Shown: positions 1 through 13,640, numbered from the stretch's first letter. The stretch: DNA of 64,000 nucleotides from Eledone cirrhosa (GCA_964016885.1 OZ024743.1:363878001-363942000), one strand, 5' to 3'. The notes: a model not told the origin generated them from the letters alone. Program-made: numbers and translations.

Positions 1-115
1 CTTTTTTAACCATCTTTTAATTTCTTCTTATATATACTCCAGTCCAATAAACTGTTGAGTGCTACTTATCCGATATTTGCATTGCTTTATTGTGCTACAA
101 TAAAACTCACCTCCT

Positions 116-170
<55 letters not shown>

Positions 171-172
<2 letters not shown>

Positions 173-299
173 GCAATGTTCAATTTAAACGTATGTTATT
201 ACTCTAAGGACCTACTATTGAGTGCTTTGCTAACTCATTCCTATTGTAGGTCGACTTTGCTTGCCCACAGCTAAAGCTTCGATTTTACTAAGCTTTCAT
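171..299 (+). repeat. Partial copy of a ~200-bp dispersed repeat embedded in (TA)n
   Basis: Matches 62724-62920 (+) and 34443-35568 (-), e.g. GTTATTACTCTAAGGACCTAC...GTAGGTCGACTTTGCTTGCC; all copies are flanked by (TA)n. Confidence 0.85.
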
Positions 300-1021
300 T
301 TATATATATATATATATACATATACACACACCAGTATATATACACTCACTCATACACAATACCCAGCACCTTCTCTCTTTGCACCCGTACTACCAACACC
401 ACCTCCACACACACACACACATACATACATTCCACACACACATACAGGCCACCCTTACACACCTGCAAACTACTACTCGCCTGACAGCTCCCTACCTTCT
501 TGACTGCTCTTCTCCTCCCTTCCCTCTCTTGCACACCCCTGCCATCTCCACCCCTTGGCTTGACCATCTTGACCACTTCCTGTTGCGCGCGCCCTACAAC
601 TTTCTACTTCCTCCACGGAGTCTACTACTTTGGTTACACACTCAGATATCTACGAAGATTACACCATCATTCTACACACACACCGGAAAACCATGCAGGA
701 ACACAAACACACATAAACACTTATACCATTTTCGCACACACGCAACCATACATTCCCACGTATCCATACCACACAAAACACACACACACGTCTGTATCCT
801 CACATACACCCACTCCGCCTCCGGATTCCGAACACTCTCCCCCATCCCATCCGACTCCTATCCATCCACACGCACTCTCACACACACAGACTTACACTCC
901 ACCCAACGTAGACAATGGTTTTCCAAACCCCAAGCATGCAGTCCCGCTCTCCCCCAGACTCTCACACGCATACACACATACACACACACGTGCACCTACA
1001 CACACACACATGTGTCCATTA

Positions 1022-1059
1022 CGAGCTGAGGATCCGTTAAGGTGAAATAATTGTTCTCG
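1022..1059 (+). ncRNA. Minimal type I hammerhead ribozyme motif (Penelope-type)
   Basis: CGAG-CTGAGGA-tCCgttaaGGt-GAAA-T-AATT-GTT-CTCG: 4-bp stem I, short stem II, palindromic loop III. Confidence 0.6.
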
Positions 1060-1103
1060 GTATGGTGAACTAATTGTTGTGTAACCACTTCTATATATAT
1101 ATA

Positions 1104-1378
1104 TTGCAAGGTAAATGCGCCCGTAGGCGGTATGCCGGTTGAGCACTCGATGCTCGCACAGAGCAGAGTATAATATTATAAAGAACGAGGATTCAGTGTT
1201 GCATCATATCACATTTATTAATATATTACATATATATATCGATAGAGAGACATGTAATATGTTAATAAATGTGATATGATGCAACACTGAATCCTCGTTC
1301 TTATTTTATTATACTCTGCTCTGCGCGAGCATCGAGTGCTCAACCGGCATACCGCCTACGGGCGCATTTACCTTGCAA
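1104..1378. repeat. Fold-back element with ~128-bp inverted arms
   Basis: TTGCAAGGTAAATGCGCCCGTAGGCGG... at 1104 is reverse-complemented ending at 1378; ~20-bp spacer; flanked by (TA)n. Confidence 0.9.
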
Positions 1379-1384
1379 CCCTAC

Positions 1385-1472
<88 letters not shown>

Positions 1473-1679
1473 TAAAGTATGTCCATAGAATCATTTGATA
1501 ACATATATACACCATTCCCTCTCCCAATTAGCAGTAATAAACGAAGCTAAATTTTAAACATTTGATTTATTTATTTTATTTTATTTTATTTTACCCAACC
1601 AGGAACTGGGCATATCAGAGTATTGACAAAGTTATACACCTCAACAACATATGTACTTGTCTATACCACACCAATTCGG

Positions 1680-1735
1680 ACTGCCTGAAGAGGTCACAGC
1701 CAAAGATGGCTGTCACCGAAATATATTATAGCAGT
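1680..1735 (+). ncRNA. Type I hammerhead ribozyme motif in a Penelope pseudo-LTR
   Basis: ACTGC-CTGAAGA-GGTCACAGCCA aaga TGGCTGTCACC-GAAA-TATATT-ATA-GCAGT; stems I and II pair; homologous copy at 36290-36467 (-). Confidence 0.75.
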
Positions 1736-1879
1736 AATAAACGAAGCTAAATTTTAAACATTTGACTTATTTATTTTATTTTATTTTACATTACTCCGGA
1801 GTAACCAAACCAACCTGCGAGTGCTCCAATCTGCATACTGAGGTGTTGGTATACAACCAACATATACTAAAAAACTATA

Positions 1880-2344
1880 ATACTACTCCAGAGAAAACCC
1901 AACGTACACAACTGTAACTGCACCTATCCTGACAAATGCCCCCTCGGCAATAACTGCCTGGAAAAAAATATCATTTATAAGTGTACCATTAAATCCGGAG
2001 GCAACGAGTAGTATTACGTGGGATCAACGGCAACATCGTTTAAATCTCGATTATATAGGCATTCTTACTCAATAAAACACCAGAGCCAAAGAAATGTAAC
2101 AACTTTAGCAGAAAAAGCTTGGACGCTCAGGGATAGCGATCAAAAGTTTACCCTAAAATGGGAGAAATTAGCTAAAACCCAAAACTTTTCCAGGAGCCAA
2201 AATTTCTGCAAATTGTGTAATCTTGAGATTTATTACATAATCACACACAAGAAGAAATTGCTTAATAACAGAATTGAACGAACATTATTCTGCCGTCACC
2301 GAACTAAAACCCTTTTTTCCCACTACAAGCTGAATATTACATAA
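1880..2344 (+). pseudogene. Penelope-like (Naiad-type) GIY-YIG endonuclease C-terminal fragment
   Basis: Frame extended upstream of ORF 2018-2344 through one TAG: CNC...CPLGNNCLEKNIIYKC...YVGSTATSFKSRLYRH...CKLCNLE...LLNNRIE...CRH. Confidence 0.85.
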
Positions 2345-2619
2345 AAGAGGGACATCCCCCCAACTATATAAACCTCAATCTAGTTAGAAAAATATAAAAA
2401 CAATCTCTTCTCAACATATATATGTATATTAATAACCTTAAATTACCACACTAATAATGGAAAGATATGCTGATGAGAATAGGTGCGAATATGCTATAAT
2501 GAATGTGTCTAAAAGCGACCATATGTATGTATATATATGTGAAAATGTATATAAATAAGTAAATATATATATATGTTTGATGTGTATAGTTAGATGTAAG
2601 TGTATTCATGTATTAAAGT

Positions 2620-2678
<59 letters not shown>

Positions 2679-3199
2679 GACTGGAGTATGTATGTATATA
2701 TGTGTGTGTCTATACGTGTGTATATAAAGATAAGTTGAGTATGAAAATGTATACACATGAATGCGTATGTATGTACATGTATATATGTATATATATGTAT
2801 ATATACATATGTGCATGTGTATATGTATGTAAGTATGAGCATGTAAGTATGTGTATGTGAGTATATGTATTTTGTAGAGGTGTGCATATATGTTTGTGTG
2901 TGAATGCGTGGGCGAAAGGATACGTACACTTGAAAGAAAAATTTAAGTCTGAATGTTAATTAAGTGCAAACACAAAACCAACCACGCATATCTATACTAT
3001 CTCTAATCCTTCTATAGATTTAGAAAAATAACCAATAATATATTCTATAAAAATGTCAAAACAACAGATGGGAATCTAATTACTCACTGCCACCAAAAAT
3101 TCTCACTACTATCAAAAAACCACTCCCTCAACTATTCTTGTAACAACTTCACCCCTCCCTCCTAATATTCTCTATAAAAACCAAACAGGTCCTCAGTAA

Positions 3200-3325
3200 A
3201 ATTATTCTGATGAAATGACAGTTGATAATAACATTGAAATATTGAATGTCTACATAACTAATACTTTGTAGATAGCAGCTGTTTTCAGGTTATGTAACTG
3301 TTATTGAAACACGTGTCAATAAATT
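3200..3325 (+). ncRNA. Type I hammerhead ribozyme motif with extended stem II
   Basis: TTATT-CTGATGA(3207)-AATGACAGTTG...TAACTGTTATT-GAAAC(3306)-ACGT-GTC-AATAA; 11-bp stem II, 5-bp stem I, GUC cleavage triplet. Confidence 0.8.
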
Positions 3326-3364
3326 CCTTTTAACTAAACTGTATCCATTTAAATCCTTATATAT

Positions 3365-3498
<134 letters not shown>

Positions 3499-3594
3499 AT
3501 GCGAAAGTAAAAAGCAAGAACACAGGAGTACAAGTTACTTATATATATATATATGGGAAAGTAAAAATCAAGAAAGGAGTACAAGTTACGAAAG

Positions 3595-3642
<48 letters not shown>

Positions 3643-3682
3643 GATATTAAATAAATGGAAACAATATTTATAAAACTATATT

Positions 3683-3747
3683 TATTTCATTATACATATT
3701 TCAGGGATACCAAATTAAAATATGGTATGCCTTCATCAGACAAAATA
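3683..3747 (-). ncRNA. Type I hammerhead ribozyme motif
   Basis: Reverse complement: TATTTTGT-CTGATGA-AGGCATACCA...TGGTATCCCT-GAAA-TATGT-ATA-ATGAAATA; partial inverted copy at 4048-4122. Confidence 0.75.
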
Positions 3748-4269
3748 CAATATATAAACAGTTTTATAAATAATTTTGACGTACCCTATTAGATGCAACC
3801 ATTATTTTTAGAAGCTGTCTGGATAGTGAGATGTTTATAATTATTTTATTAGTTATAGTGTTAAGGACAGTTAGAAAAAGACGGAGAGAAAGAATAAAAG
3901 GAGAGAGAGAAGGAGAGAGAAAAAGAAGGAGAGAGAGAAAAAGAAAACCTGGAGAAATATCGGAGAGAGAGAGAAATGTATGTAGAAAAGAAAGATATAA
4001 ATAGATAGGAGGAAATAAAAAAGAAAGAAAAAAGGAATATATTTTTATTGGTATCCCTGAAATATGTATAATGAAATAAATATAGTTTTATAAATATAGT
4101 TTCCATTTATTTAATATCGTATATCTACTCCAAAAACTTGTCGAGTGCTTTATATCAGTTATAAAATATTTACTTGTTGTATCCCAACAATTTTAAATAG
4201 AACTTTCGCATATATATATATATATAAGAAAAATGGAGTGCTGCGTGGTTGCATATGGGCTACATATAA

Positions 4270-4450
4270 AAAATAAATAAATAAAAGTAGTCCTTCATCA
4301 GTGATCTTCCAACCTTCATTGGTATTTCATCGCTTTAAAAATCCTAAACCTCTGGTTGGTGCGAGCAATAACTAAATAAAGTTATTGGGACAAGTAAAAT
4401 AGGGTGAAACGAGCAGGACATGTAAACAAACAAAGATGGTATTGCAACGG
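4270..4450 (-). repeat. Dispersed repeat, probable Penelope end with a degenerate hammerhead
   Basis: Similar to 33110-33310 (CATCAGTGATCT...AATAACTAAA...GTTATTGGGA); CTGATGA on minus strand without an intact GAAA box. Confidence 0.5.
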
Positions 4451-5589
4451 AAAGATAGGAAGAGACAAGTACATGATATCTGTAAGCTTAAGCTTGGTTA
4501 AATCATGGACTAGAGATACAGACCATCCGACATGGGTGAGATGTGAGCGAGAAAAGGATTTAACACAGGTCAAACGGGACGAAGTGAGAGAGGGGGAGAA
4601 GCAGAGCGTGAGTGAGTGGAAGTGTGAGGAAGAGGCCAGCTGAAAGAGAGTGTGACTGGCAGAGGGGGTAAAAAGAAGGTGAGAGATAGAGAGAGAGAGA
4701 GAAAGAGAGAGAGGTGTATGGGGTGAGAGGGAGAGAGAGACAGAGAGATTTAAAGGAATCGAAGTAGAAACTTTATTGGCATATAACCATTGTTTCGATA
4801 TTGATCAACTCAGGGTACAATCTAGATGACGGGATCAGACTCTTTTTCGACAACTCGTCAGCTATGCGACTTTATTATATGTGCAAAGACACACCTAACC
4901 TAACATATACATATATATATATGGGGGGGGGGTCCAAGCTTGTTTTTTCTGCAACTCGTGGACTCTCTTCTGTTTTTGCATTACTAAATGGCTTCGTAAT
5001 CGTAAATACGTCCAACTCTTTCCGATGCGATAAAAAAGTGGGGATTTGAAATGAAGGAGCTGGTAAACTGGCGATTTAAGAAAACGCTATACTGACACTA
5101 GATGTTTATATCATCCAGTAGACGTAAACAACAGAGTGGTTGATGGCGCTGCTTTAACAGCGTTTGTAAGCAGTCTTCTTGGCATCTAATGTCACTACAA
5201 TTCTTGTATCTCCTCTTTAGTTTAAGTAGAGGCGATCATCTGGTGTGTATGATATTGCTAGGAATTCATACAGATGTTCTTTTCGGATGCGGGTTCGTGA
5301 ATGAGGACTAACCATCCTGCACATGCACAAGGCTAAGCGAAGCTAGAATAGGTCTGGCGGGATACTACACTACGTATTCTTAAAACGCCAAACCACCAAC
5401 TTATTCATTTCTAATTTCACTTATCTTTATTTCGCATCAGAAAGTCAAACCAGGTTTAAAGTTACAGTCCCCGGAGTGGTTTGGCAGTGTTCTGTCCAGA
5501 ATGCTCCAGAATGCTCCAGAATGCTCCAGAATGCTCCAGAATGCTCCATTTAATGTTAGAACCTCTATATGAAATGGGACTGGGTGGTG

Positions 5590-6130
5590 GAGTTCTTCCT
5601 ATTCGTGCGACTAAAGGAATGTGCATGCATTCAACAGCTGCTAGCATTGACAAAAATCTAATTTGGGGACAGTTGTTCACAATATGTTGTGCACAGTCAA
5701 TGCCAACATGTTTCCTTTTGAGTTTGGTATTTAATCGGTTAAATATATCATTCCTACCTTTTCATTTTAACCATCAAAATGTGTGTCGCAGTTGTCTCCA
5801 AAAATTCCAACATTTTATGTCAACCCGTGATCGTCAATAACTGACACTAAGACATTAGTCAAGATCTCAGGCATCTCACCTAGAACAGTGAGAATTTCAA
5901 GAAATTTGACTTGTACCATCTGACCAAGAACGTAGTATTGAATAATGAAAAGTATCATTTTAACATATTGTCACAAAATTTGACCCTGCTAGGCCCTTTG
6001 TAAGCTCATAGTTAGCTATTCGAGCAATTATAGCTTTAAATTTTGTCCGCGCTAGCCAAAGCTTTGTCTCGAAAAGTTTTGAAGTGATACGAAAAGCAAA
6101 AGTGGCTTCTTTAACGACAACGAGAAACTT
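5590..6130 (-). pseudogene. hAT-superfamily transposase remnant
   Basis: Minus-strand frames give EATFAF...SKLF...ARTKFKAII...FVTI, VQVKFLEI...GEMPEIL, GDNCDTHFDG and VGIDCAQHIVNN (CxxH motif); frameshifted. Confidence 0.65.
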
Positions 6131-6442
6131 CAATTTGAGAAGTATCTCTACCGATACTGCCAATCCACTTACTATAATATAACAACAAAATAATTCCTAA
6201 AATATTGGAGTGGATACAGGAACAACTAGAATGTAGTGATGACTGTAGGGATAACGAAACGAAAAAGTATGCTATAGAGTGGGCCAAACCGGACATATGC
6301 TAGCATCATCATTACTTGACAACGCTGTTGGGAACGATACTATCGGGATGCGCCGAAACCGTGGGAATCCCCAATTCAAAGAAATGTCGCGTAGTGCAAG
6401 GTGTATGTAAAATATTGAATATTGAATAGTATATGTATATGA

Positions 6443-6512
<70 letters not shown>

Positions 6513-7824
6513 ATACACTCACATACACTTACGCACACACGTACACACACGTGCACATGCTCACACGCCCACCGGTACACACACACACATACACACATAT
6601 ATATATATATATACATACATATTTCTGCATTTAAATAGGTGTTTGAAGTACTTATGTATAATAATCTCATTCTCTTTCCCCCTCTCGCTCACTCTCTCTT
6701 TCTTTCTATCTCTCTCCTTCTCTCTGCGAACGGGTGTGTGTGTGTGTGCACGCGTATTTGCGTGATTACACGCAGATATGCCCCTATATAATTCACGAAC
6801 ATCAAATATTTCATCATTATCGACGCAGTTTCCGGACCAACTGCACCCGTTTACCCCCCATGTGTCATTAAGGTATATACGTCCTCTTATACATCATATA
6901 CCCATCCTGTAAATTTTGGCAACAGTCGCTTGGTTACACCGCAATAAACCGATCTGAGGAGTCGTTCAGAACATTTCACAAGGAACTATTCAAGATATTT
7001 CCTTATAACATTTCTCTACTATCCAACTTCAGTAGGAATGTATATACAATATACGGTGGAATGTTGTCAACATTTAGACTTCCACTATTTTATTGTGTTA
7101 ATATGTTCGCTCAGTAACCATAACTATATACTTCCTGGTTCGACCCCGCGAACTAGTGCCATCTACTACAGACTCAGTTTTGACCACCGCCTTGTACTAA
7201 AGTACGTTTCAATACTATGTATTAATTGTACGAGATGAACCAAATATTTTACAGTCGTTGTTATCTATTTTGTCGTTGTTGTTGTTTTACTGTTTTGTCG
7301 GGGGGGGGAAGGTCAGTGCCCATGACATTTTTGAGAGCCTCCGAAACCTGTAAGAGGGAAGGAGGAAGATGATATCCCCAAACCAAGGTGCTCGTTTGAA
7401 CGTTTGCAGCAAAGGGAACTCCGCTAGAGACAGCCAAGAGCAAAGTGGTGGTGTTAAGCCTAGCGTCGGAATAAGTTTACTACACAAATAGGCTACAGAT
7501 TTGAACTCAGACTGCAAAGAATCGGAAAAGATAGCATAAGTAATCTCGTCCGACATTCAAACAACTCCTCCAATCCAACCTTTTCGACGGGTACTTCATT
7601 TTAGCGAGTCTGCAGGGAGAGAAAAATACCCTCTAAAAATACCACTTCATTGCCTATATAGTTCCTGGTTGAAACCTACTGCGAGGCATCTTGGGCAAGT
7701 GTCTTCTACCAAAGATTCGTTGTTGATTACTGCCTTGTGAGTAAAAAAGTGAATCTGTGATGTCTAATTCCTACTTAGACACTATGTACTATGTACCTAT
7801 AAACACTGTATTAAATGTACTAAA

Positions 7825-7950
7825 AGGCGGTGAATTGGTAGAGTCGTTAGGATTTCAAATACATTTCGGTATTTCCTGAGTTCTGAGTCCAAATCCCGCT
7901 AGGGTCAACTTTGCTTTTATCTTTTCGGGGTCGATAAATAAAGTACCAGT
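7825..7950 (+). mobile_element. tRNA-derived SINE
   Basis: A-box-like TGGTAGAGTCG, B-box-like GAGTCCAAATCC and body GGGGTCGATAAATAAAGTACCAGT shared with copies at 29.1-29.8, 40.1 and 54.9-55.1 kb. Confidence 0.75.
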
Positions 7951-8956
7951 CCAGGAGTAGAGATATTGTTAGAGTGTCGAACGTGGCTATTTGGAATATC
8001 TTTTCGGCCCATTCTGATTGCGCATATGATGTCGTTGGTGCAAAGCTGTATCGATTTTTGCTTTATATTTCCCTTGAATAACACCAATGACATTAAGAGG
8101 GATGACATCTATGCTTGAATGACTTGGTCTTACACGAAAAATAAGAATTACTCAGGCCTGTGCCTTGGTAAGAAACTTTATGGGTTCAGATCCTTAGTCT
8201 CACGATACATATGGAGGCCCCATGTTAAATGCACCAGATGTTTTATAATTTTTACTGTCTACTTCGACTACCACGTAATACATCCTCTCAGCCATAGATG
8301 CTTATAAAACAGATTATCCTAATGTAATCGTTTCTTATCGTAATGCTAAATATACCTGGACATGATGGCAGTTTAACAGCACATGAGTGCAGTGACTCTA
8401 ACTGGGAATCGAAACCAGTTATATTACAAGAGCACAAATACCCCTACACTTACACAGTACATACCAACTCCACATACATACACAGTATATACTATATCCC
8501 AACACAGGCGCACACAGAGTATGCACCAACTTCCATCCAACTCATACACGCCATAACATCACCACCACCATTACCAAACACACAGATACGTACACACACA
8601 GACCATACCACCACCAACATCACCACATACACATATATACACACGCACAATGTACACGGTGATTCTCCGCACCACACACGGAGATAGAGACAACAGCACC
8701 ACCATAAACATCACAGCTCCACACACGAATCCTCAGAGCCCCACACCCCCCGTACTGCTTTAGGGTATACGTATTAACTGACATTTTGTTATACACACGT
8801 AGTTGAACACGTGAATATATGAGACGTTTGATGCAGTCAGGTGTGACACCCAACACCCACATTCCACCGACCCACTCGCTTCATTGACTGACAGGAAGGT
8901 CAACTGATGACATATACACAAACACAAGTATGTATGTATGTGTATATAAATATATG

Positions 8957-8996
<40 letters not shown>

Positions 8997-9112
8997 CATA
9001 CATATATATAGACATATATATATATATATAGTTGGAAGTGATATTTTAGTAAGTAAGTTAATTTTATAATTTTCTTATTTTACGTCTCTCATATATATAT
9101 ATATGTGTATAC

Positions 9113-9188
<76 letters not shown>

Positions 9189-9624
9189 TTATAATGGGGG
9201 TGTATGTGTACTGAGTGAATAAATGTCACCGTTAAAAGATAAAAGTCCAGAAACAGCTGTCTGTCATTCTCAAACTATACAGGGGTAGCTGTGATATAAT
9301 CCCTGCTTAAAACATTGATAGCGAGACTCTCGTAGGCTTATTGTACATTAAGACATCGCATATGCTTTCATATACATCCCTATTGTGAACCAAGCTATGT
9401 AGTGAATTCGACATTAATACACACACACTTAACGTTCCAATTTATGTTACCAAGACTACCCAACGGTTTGTCTTGTTTACTCTTATTATTTTTTACAACT
9501 GACTACCTTTTATTTTCTGTGTTTATCCTTTGTGATTTTGTGCCTACTATTTGTGTACTCCTGAAGAAGGGCTAAAGTCCTACACGCCGAACTTTCTTTC
9601 CCCTTTTCCATATAAAGCGTAAAA

Positions 9625-10040
9625 CTAATAAGATTTTTTGTATCTCTCTTTTGTCTTTAATGTCTTATGTTGGCAGTTAAAGATTCTATCATGTCGACAG
9701 TTCAACAGATTTGATTCAGTCATAATTTCTAATACTTCCATCATACAAAGATTACAGGAGAGTCTTTCATTTTCGTATGGGAGGGCAAATCTTAACACTG
9801 ACCAGGAAAGTACATAATCCATATTGTTTTAAATCCCAGATTCTTTTGGCGAGGGGAGTTGATTTACGTAACCCGGGATTCTCGAATGAATGGGTGTGCA
9901 CATACCATCTTTTTTTTTAAGTTGATGTGGCACCTAGATATTTATAAGTCCCCGATTTGGTTTTGACCACACGCTGGTAAACTATGTTTTTCATTTAGAG
10001 GGCAGTTGTTAGGTTGCCTCCAGCTGAAGTGTGTCCGTGA
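9625..10040 (-). pseudogene. Second Naiad-type Penelope GIY-YIG fragment
   Basis: NNCPLN..IVYQ...YKYLGATST..KRWYVH.HSF...STPLAKRIWDLK...SWSVL...CNLCMME...LLN..CQH across frameshifts. Confidence 0.8.
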
Positions 10041-10504
10041 ATAGTGTATGGGGAATTTAGCTTCGACATAGCTGTATACATACATGTATGTGAATTTCGT
10101 ACATCAAAAGATATATGGTATGTTTAATAAATAAATATTTTGAAAGCCTCGGCTATGAATGGAAGGTTGACGACCAGCACCCTCTAGTGGAATCCAGCAA
10201 AAGAAAGGGGGATAATTGTCCATGCATTTCAAACTTAAATGGTTCTCGTCAGAACAATGCTTTCCTCTGCCTTCTGCTTGACTTTGAGACGAAAATATAT
10301 AGTTTTTTCGCCTGTGTAAATGGGCTGATTAGCCTCCTTTGCATACGAAGCTGTATAAGTTGGCTCAACTTTTAAATAGAATTAGAATTTAGCTTCGGCG
10401 TAGCTGTATACATACATGTATGTGAATTTCGTACATCTAAAGATATGCGGTATGTTTCATAAATGGCCGTCGACCTTCTATTCATAGCTTAGGTGTACGA
10501 AATT

Positions 10505-10667
<163 letters not shown>

Positions 10668-11339
10668 AACACACACTTGGTGGCTGTGTAAGTGTAATAT
10701 TCATTCTGTACCTTAGCCTGGTTATATTTTTCTCTGTATAATATGAGATATGTAGTTTCCTATGATATTGGCAATATGCAAGCGCTTTGACGTCTTGGAT
10801 TTTTAGCTTCAATTCTCTCATTGAGCAATCATAGAGCCGCGGGATCTTTATATTACATATCGACGTATTTGTTTTTATAACCCTTTTAACATTTTAACTT
10901 TCAAATGGGATAGAGTTCCTGGTCTACGTTTATGAAAAAGTCAGTGCATTATTGTAACTCATTTACATGTGTAGTGGCTCACAGATGGGTAAAAAGAAAA
11001 TCTCCTGGGAGTGAAGGACCCTGAGCTGTTGTTACAGTATCTTTCTTAAAAAAGGGAAACTTTGAAAGAAAATCCATTGAGAATGAAGGACTCCGATCTG
11101 TAGTTACAGTACCTTTCTAAAAGAGGGAAACTTTGAAATAAAAGCTGCGGTTGATGTGATTACTGGTCATTTGTCTTAGGCTTGTCACTAGTCAATAACC
11201 ACAGAAACTTAGAGAGTGGTGCTCGTGTAGTACAAGCTTTTGCCACTATAATCCAATGATGTACAGATGTCTCTTTTGTGATCTTCTTATCTGTCATTTC
11301 ATCAACTGAAAGTCCTATAACGATGGAGGAATGGCGGCG

Positions 11340-11917
11340 TGTGCAGACCTTACTAGTTGGAAGCACACAGTTGCAACTCTGCACATAGACGGTAGGGTAT
11401 TATCATAACATCATTGTTACGTCTTCCTATGACAGGGGCTACCTCCGATGGAGACTCCGGTGTTTGAGTAGCCCTATTAAGGAATGCACTGCTCACCCAA
11501 ATTGTTGGGAAGGTGCTAGAAAAGGTGCATTGAAAATTTCCTGTCACATCAACGTTAGGTAATTTACTGCGGCTATCGGCGGTTCATTCAAGCAGGAAAA
11601 GTGAAAGTAAAGGACATAGTAAAACATGAAAAATCGAATGCTACTGAAATTTTAGAACCCTTTTGGACCAAAACTCTTCAAACCAACCAGAAAGAAGATC
11701 CCCACTGTTAACGAAAGAACTCCAAAGAATGAATATAGATATTACAGCCTTGTCAGAAATACGTCTCTCATGGTGTGATCAGCTGACTGAGGCATCACCA
11801 GGTTTCACACTTTTCTGGACAGGGAAACAAAAAGGAGAACGGCGAATTGGTGGTGTAAGTTTTGCAGTGTGAGATACTCTAGCACAACATTTACAGTGTC
11901 CCTCTAGAATCAGTGAC
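11340..11917 (+). mobile_element. RTE-clade LINE 5' fragment (5'UTR plus N-terminus of AP endonuclease), ending at (TACA)n
   Basis: ORF 11663-11872: PERRSPLLTKELQRMNIDITALSEIRL...FTLFWTGK...GGVSFAV, typical of an RTE APE N-terminus. Confidence 0.8.
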
Positions 11918-12015
11918 ACATACATGCATACATGCAGATACACATACATTCATACATACATACATACATACATACATACATACATACATACATACATACA
12001 TACATACATACATAC

Positions 12016-13110
12016 ATCAATGGTGATGTGGATAGGCTATACTTCTCACGCAAGGAAAGTGGCCGGGGTCTAAAATCCATATTAACAACATATGAGAGCC
12101 GGATAGTAACACTGAAGTAACACCTTCAACAGAGGAAAAAGGTTGGCAACCATCTTGCCCAGGTTTATGAGCATGAAAAAAAAGTATCATTAGAATAGCG
12201 ACTGATCTGGAGGAGAGATATGGAATAAAGCCTGATATAAATCTCTCACCCAGAGAAATCGGAAGATCCAATTCAATGTTCAAACAAGATGAAAAAATTG
12301 ACCAATTTACAGAAAAAGTTGTGCATGGATACTTGAGACGTAAAACACAGATCATAGAGGGGATAAACCACTCAAAAAGCCTGGCATGGAGTTCCGACAA
12401 GTTTATGACATCAAACCTTGAGGGATATCTCTATGCAATACAGGAACAAGAACTCCCTACCAAATATCTGCTGCACAAAAGGGGAGGGCCAGCAGCTGAC
12501 AATAAATGTAGGCTATGTAAAACAAAGATCGAGGATGTAAGCCACATTGTTGCCAGCTGCGAAAGAATGTCATCTCGCTACTACCTCCTCATGAGACACG
12601 ATGGGATAGCTAGAACCATCTGGAACGCACTTCGGAAAACAAAATTAAAAACAAACGAGGAAGAATATATTGAGACAGATGGCACTAAGGAATACTGGTG
12701 GAACCTGAAAATAAAAACTGCCACCAAATTAAAGCACAACCGGCCTGATATTGTTGTTTGGGACCACACATTGAAAACGTGTTCTGTTGTGGAGATCAGC
12801 TGCCCACTTGATGTAAACGTTGTCAGAAAAATACAGGAGAAGGAGGACATCTACGGACCATTGATTATTGGAGCTACAGGTTATATACCAACCCGCTTGG
12901 ACCAAAGTATGACTGAACTTGGATTTGCGGACAAAAAGCGCAGCTCCCTAATTCATAGTCTACAAATGGCTGCGATAGCTGGCACCTTCAAAATTTGCAA
13001 AACATTCTTGCGATTCAAGGGATGACAATTTCTTTTCTTTTACAACCTTGCCACCAGGAAGGTGGCCGGTCAAAAAAATATACTCGAAATTAAGAGAAAG
13101 AGAAAACAAG
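12016..13110 (+). mobile_element. R4/Dong-like family A, 5'-truncated copy between (TACA)n tracts
   Basis: GRGL motif, CRLC...HIVASC zinc knuckle, RHD, RPDIVVWD...VEISCP (PD-(D/E)xK-type RLE), ends KTFLRFKG; 3'UTR runs into CATACATACA. Confidence 0.9.
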
Positions 13111-13135
13111 CATACATACATACATACATACACAC

Positions 13136-13640
13136 ACAATTTTGATAGGTTTCGGTCAGTATTCACTCAGACCCTATCTATCTTAACGGCACCACTTGGC
13201 GAAGTCTTTCAAATCATGTTTCATATTTCAGGCATATTTGTACACACTAGCCCATTCAAGTAAGGAATTCATGTTGGCAGGAAAATATTCGGGAGTGGGT
13301 GGTTTATCTGGAATTTGGGGGAGGAATTTATCCAGGAACCGTTTGAATGTTATGAGATTTTTTATGAATTTCGATGATATTAAAGCACGGCCAATTGAAT
13401 TGAAGTGGTTCTGTTGTAATGTTATGTGATGCCGGCTCCTTTTTTGTAGTGGATGGTCGGCACGGATTTCAAGCCTTCAGCAAATTTTAAAGCTGATGCC
13501 AACATCGTTTGAGCAATATTGATAGAATATTTTCCACACCGTAAAAATGATGTAACGCTTGCAGTGTTGTTGGAGAGGACAACATTTGAGCTTTTCACGC
13601 CAATCCGAGTATCAAGGCCTCTCAAACCGTCTATCATTTT
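13136..13640 (-). mobile_element. Degenerate L2/CR1-group LINE 3' end
   Basis: Minus frame gives QIPDKPPTPEY...NMNSLLEWA, resembling the C-terminus of L2/Crack-like ORF2. Confidence 0.45.

Noticed and set aside
261-1045. HT/YI/CV/MYVC/HTYI-rich ORFs here and throughout the window
   Set aside because: Translations of (CA)n, (TA)n and (TACA)n microsatellites
1880-2344. Possible selenocysteine recoding as reported for some Naiad elements
   Set aside because: The only in-frame stop is TAG and the conserved cysteines use TGT/TGC
9241-9585. Split or permuted hammerhead halves (GAAACAGCTGTC at 9250, CTGAAGA at 9561)
   Set aside because: Stem I strands do not pair and the halves are in the wrong order; too degenerate to call
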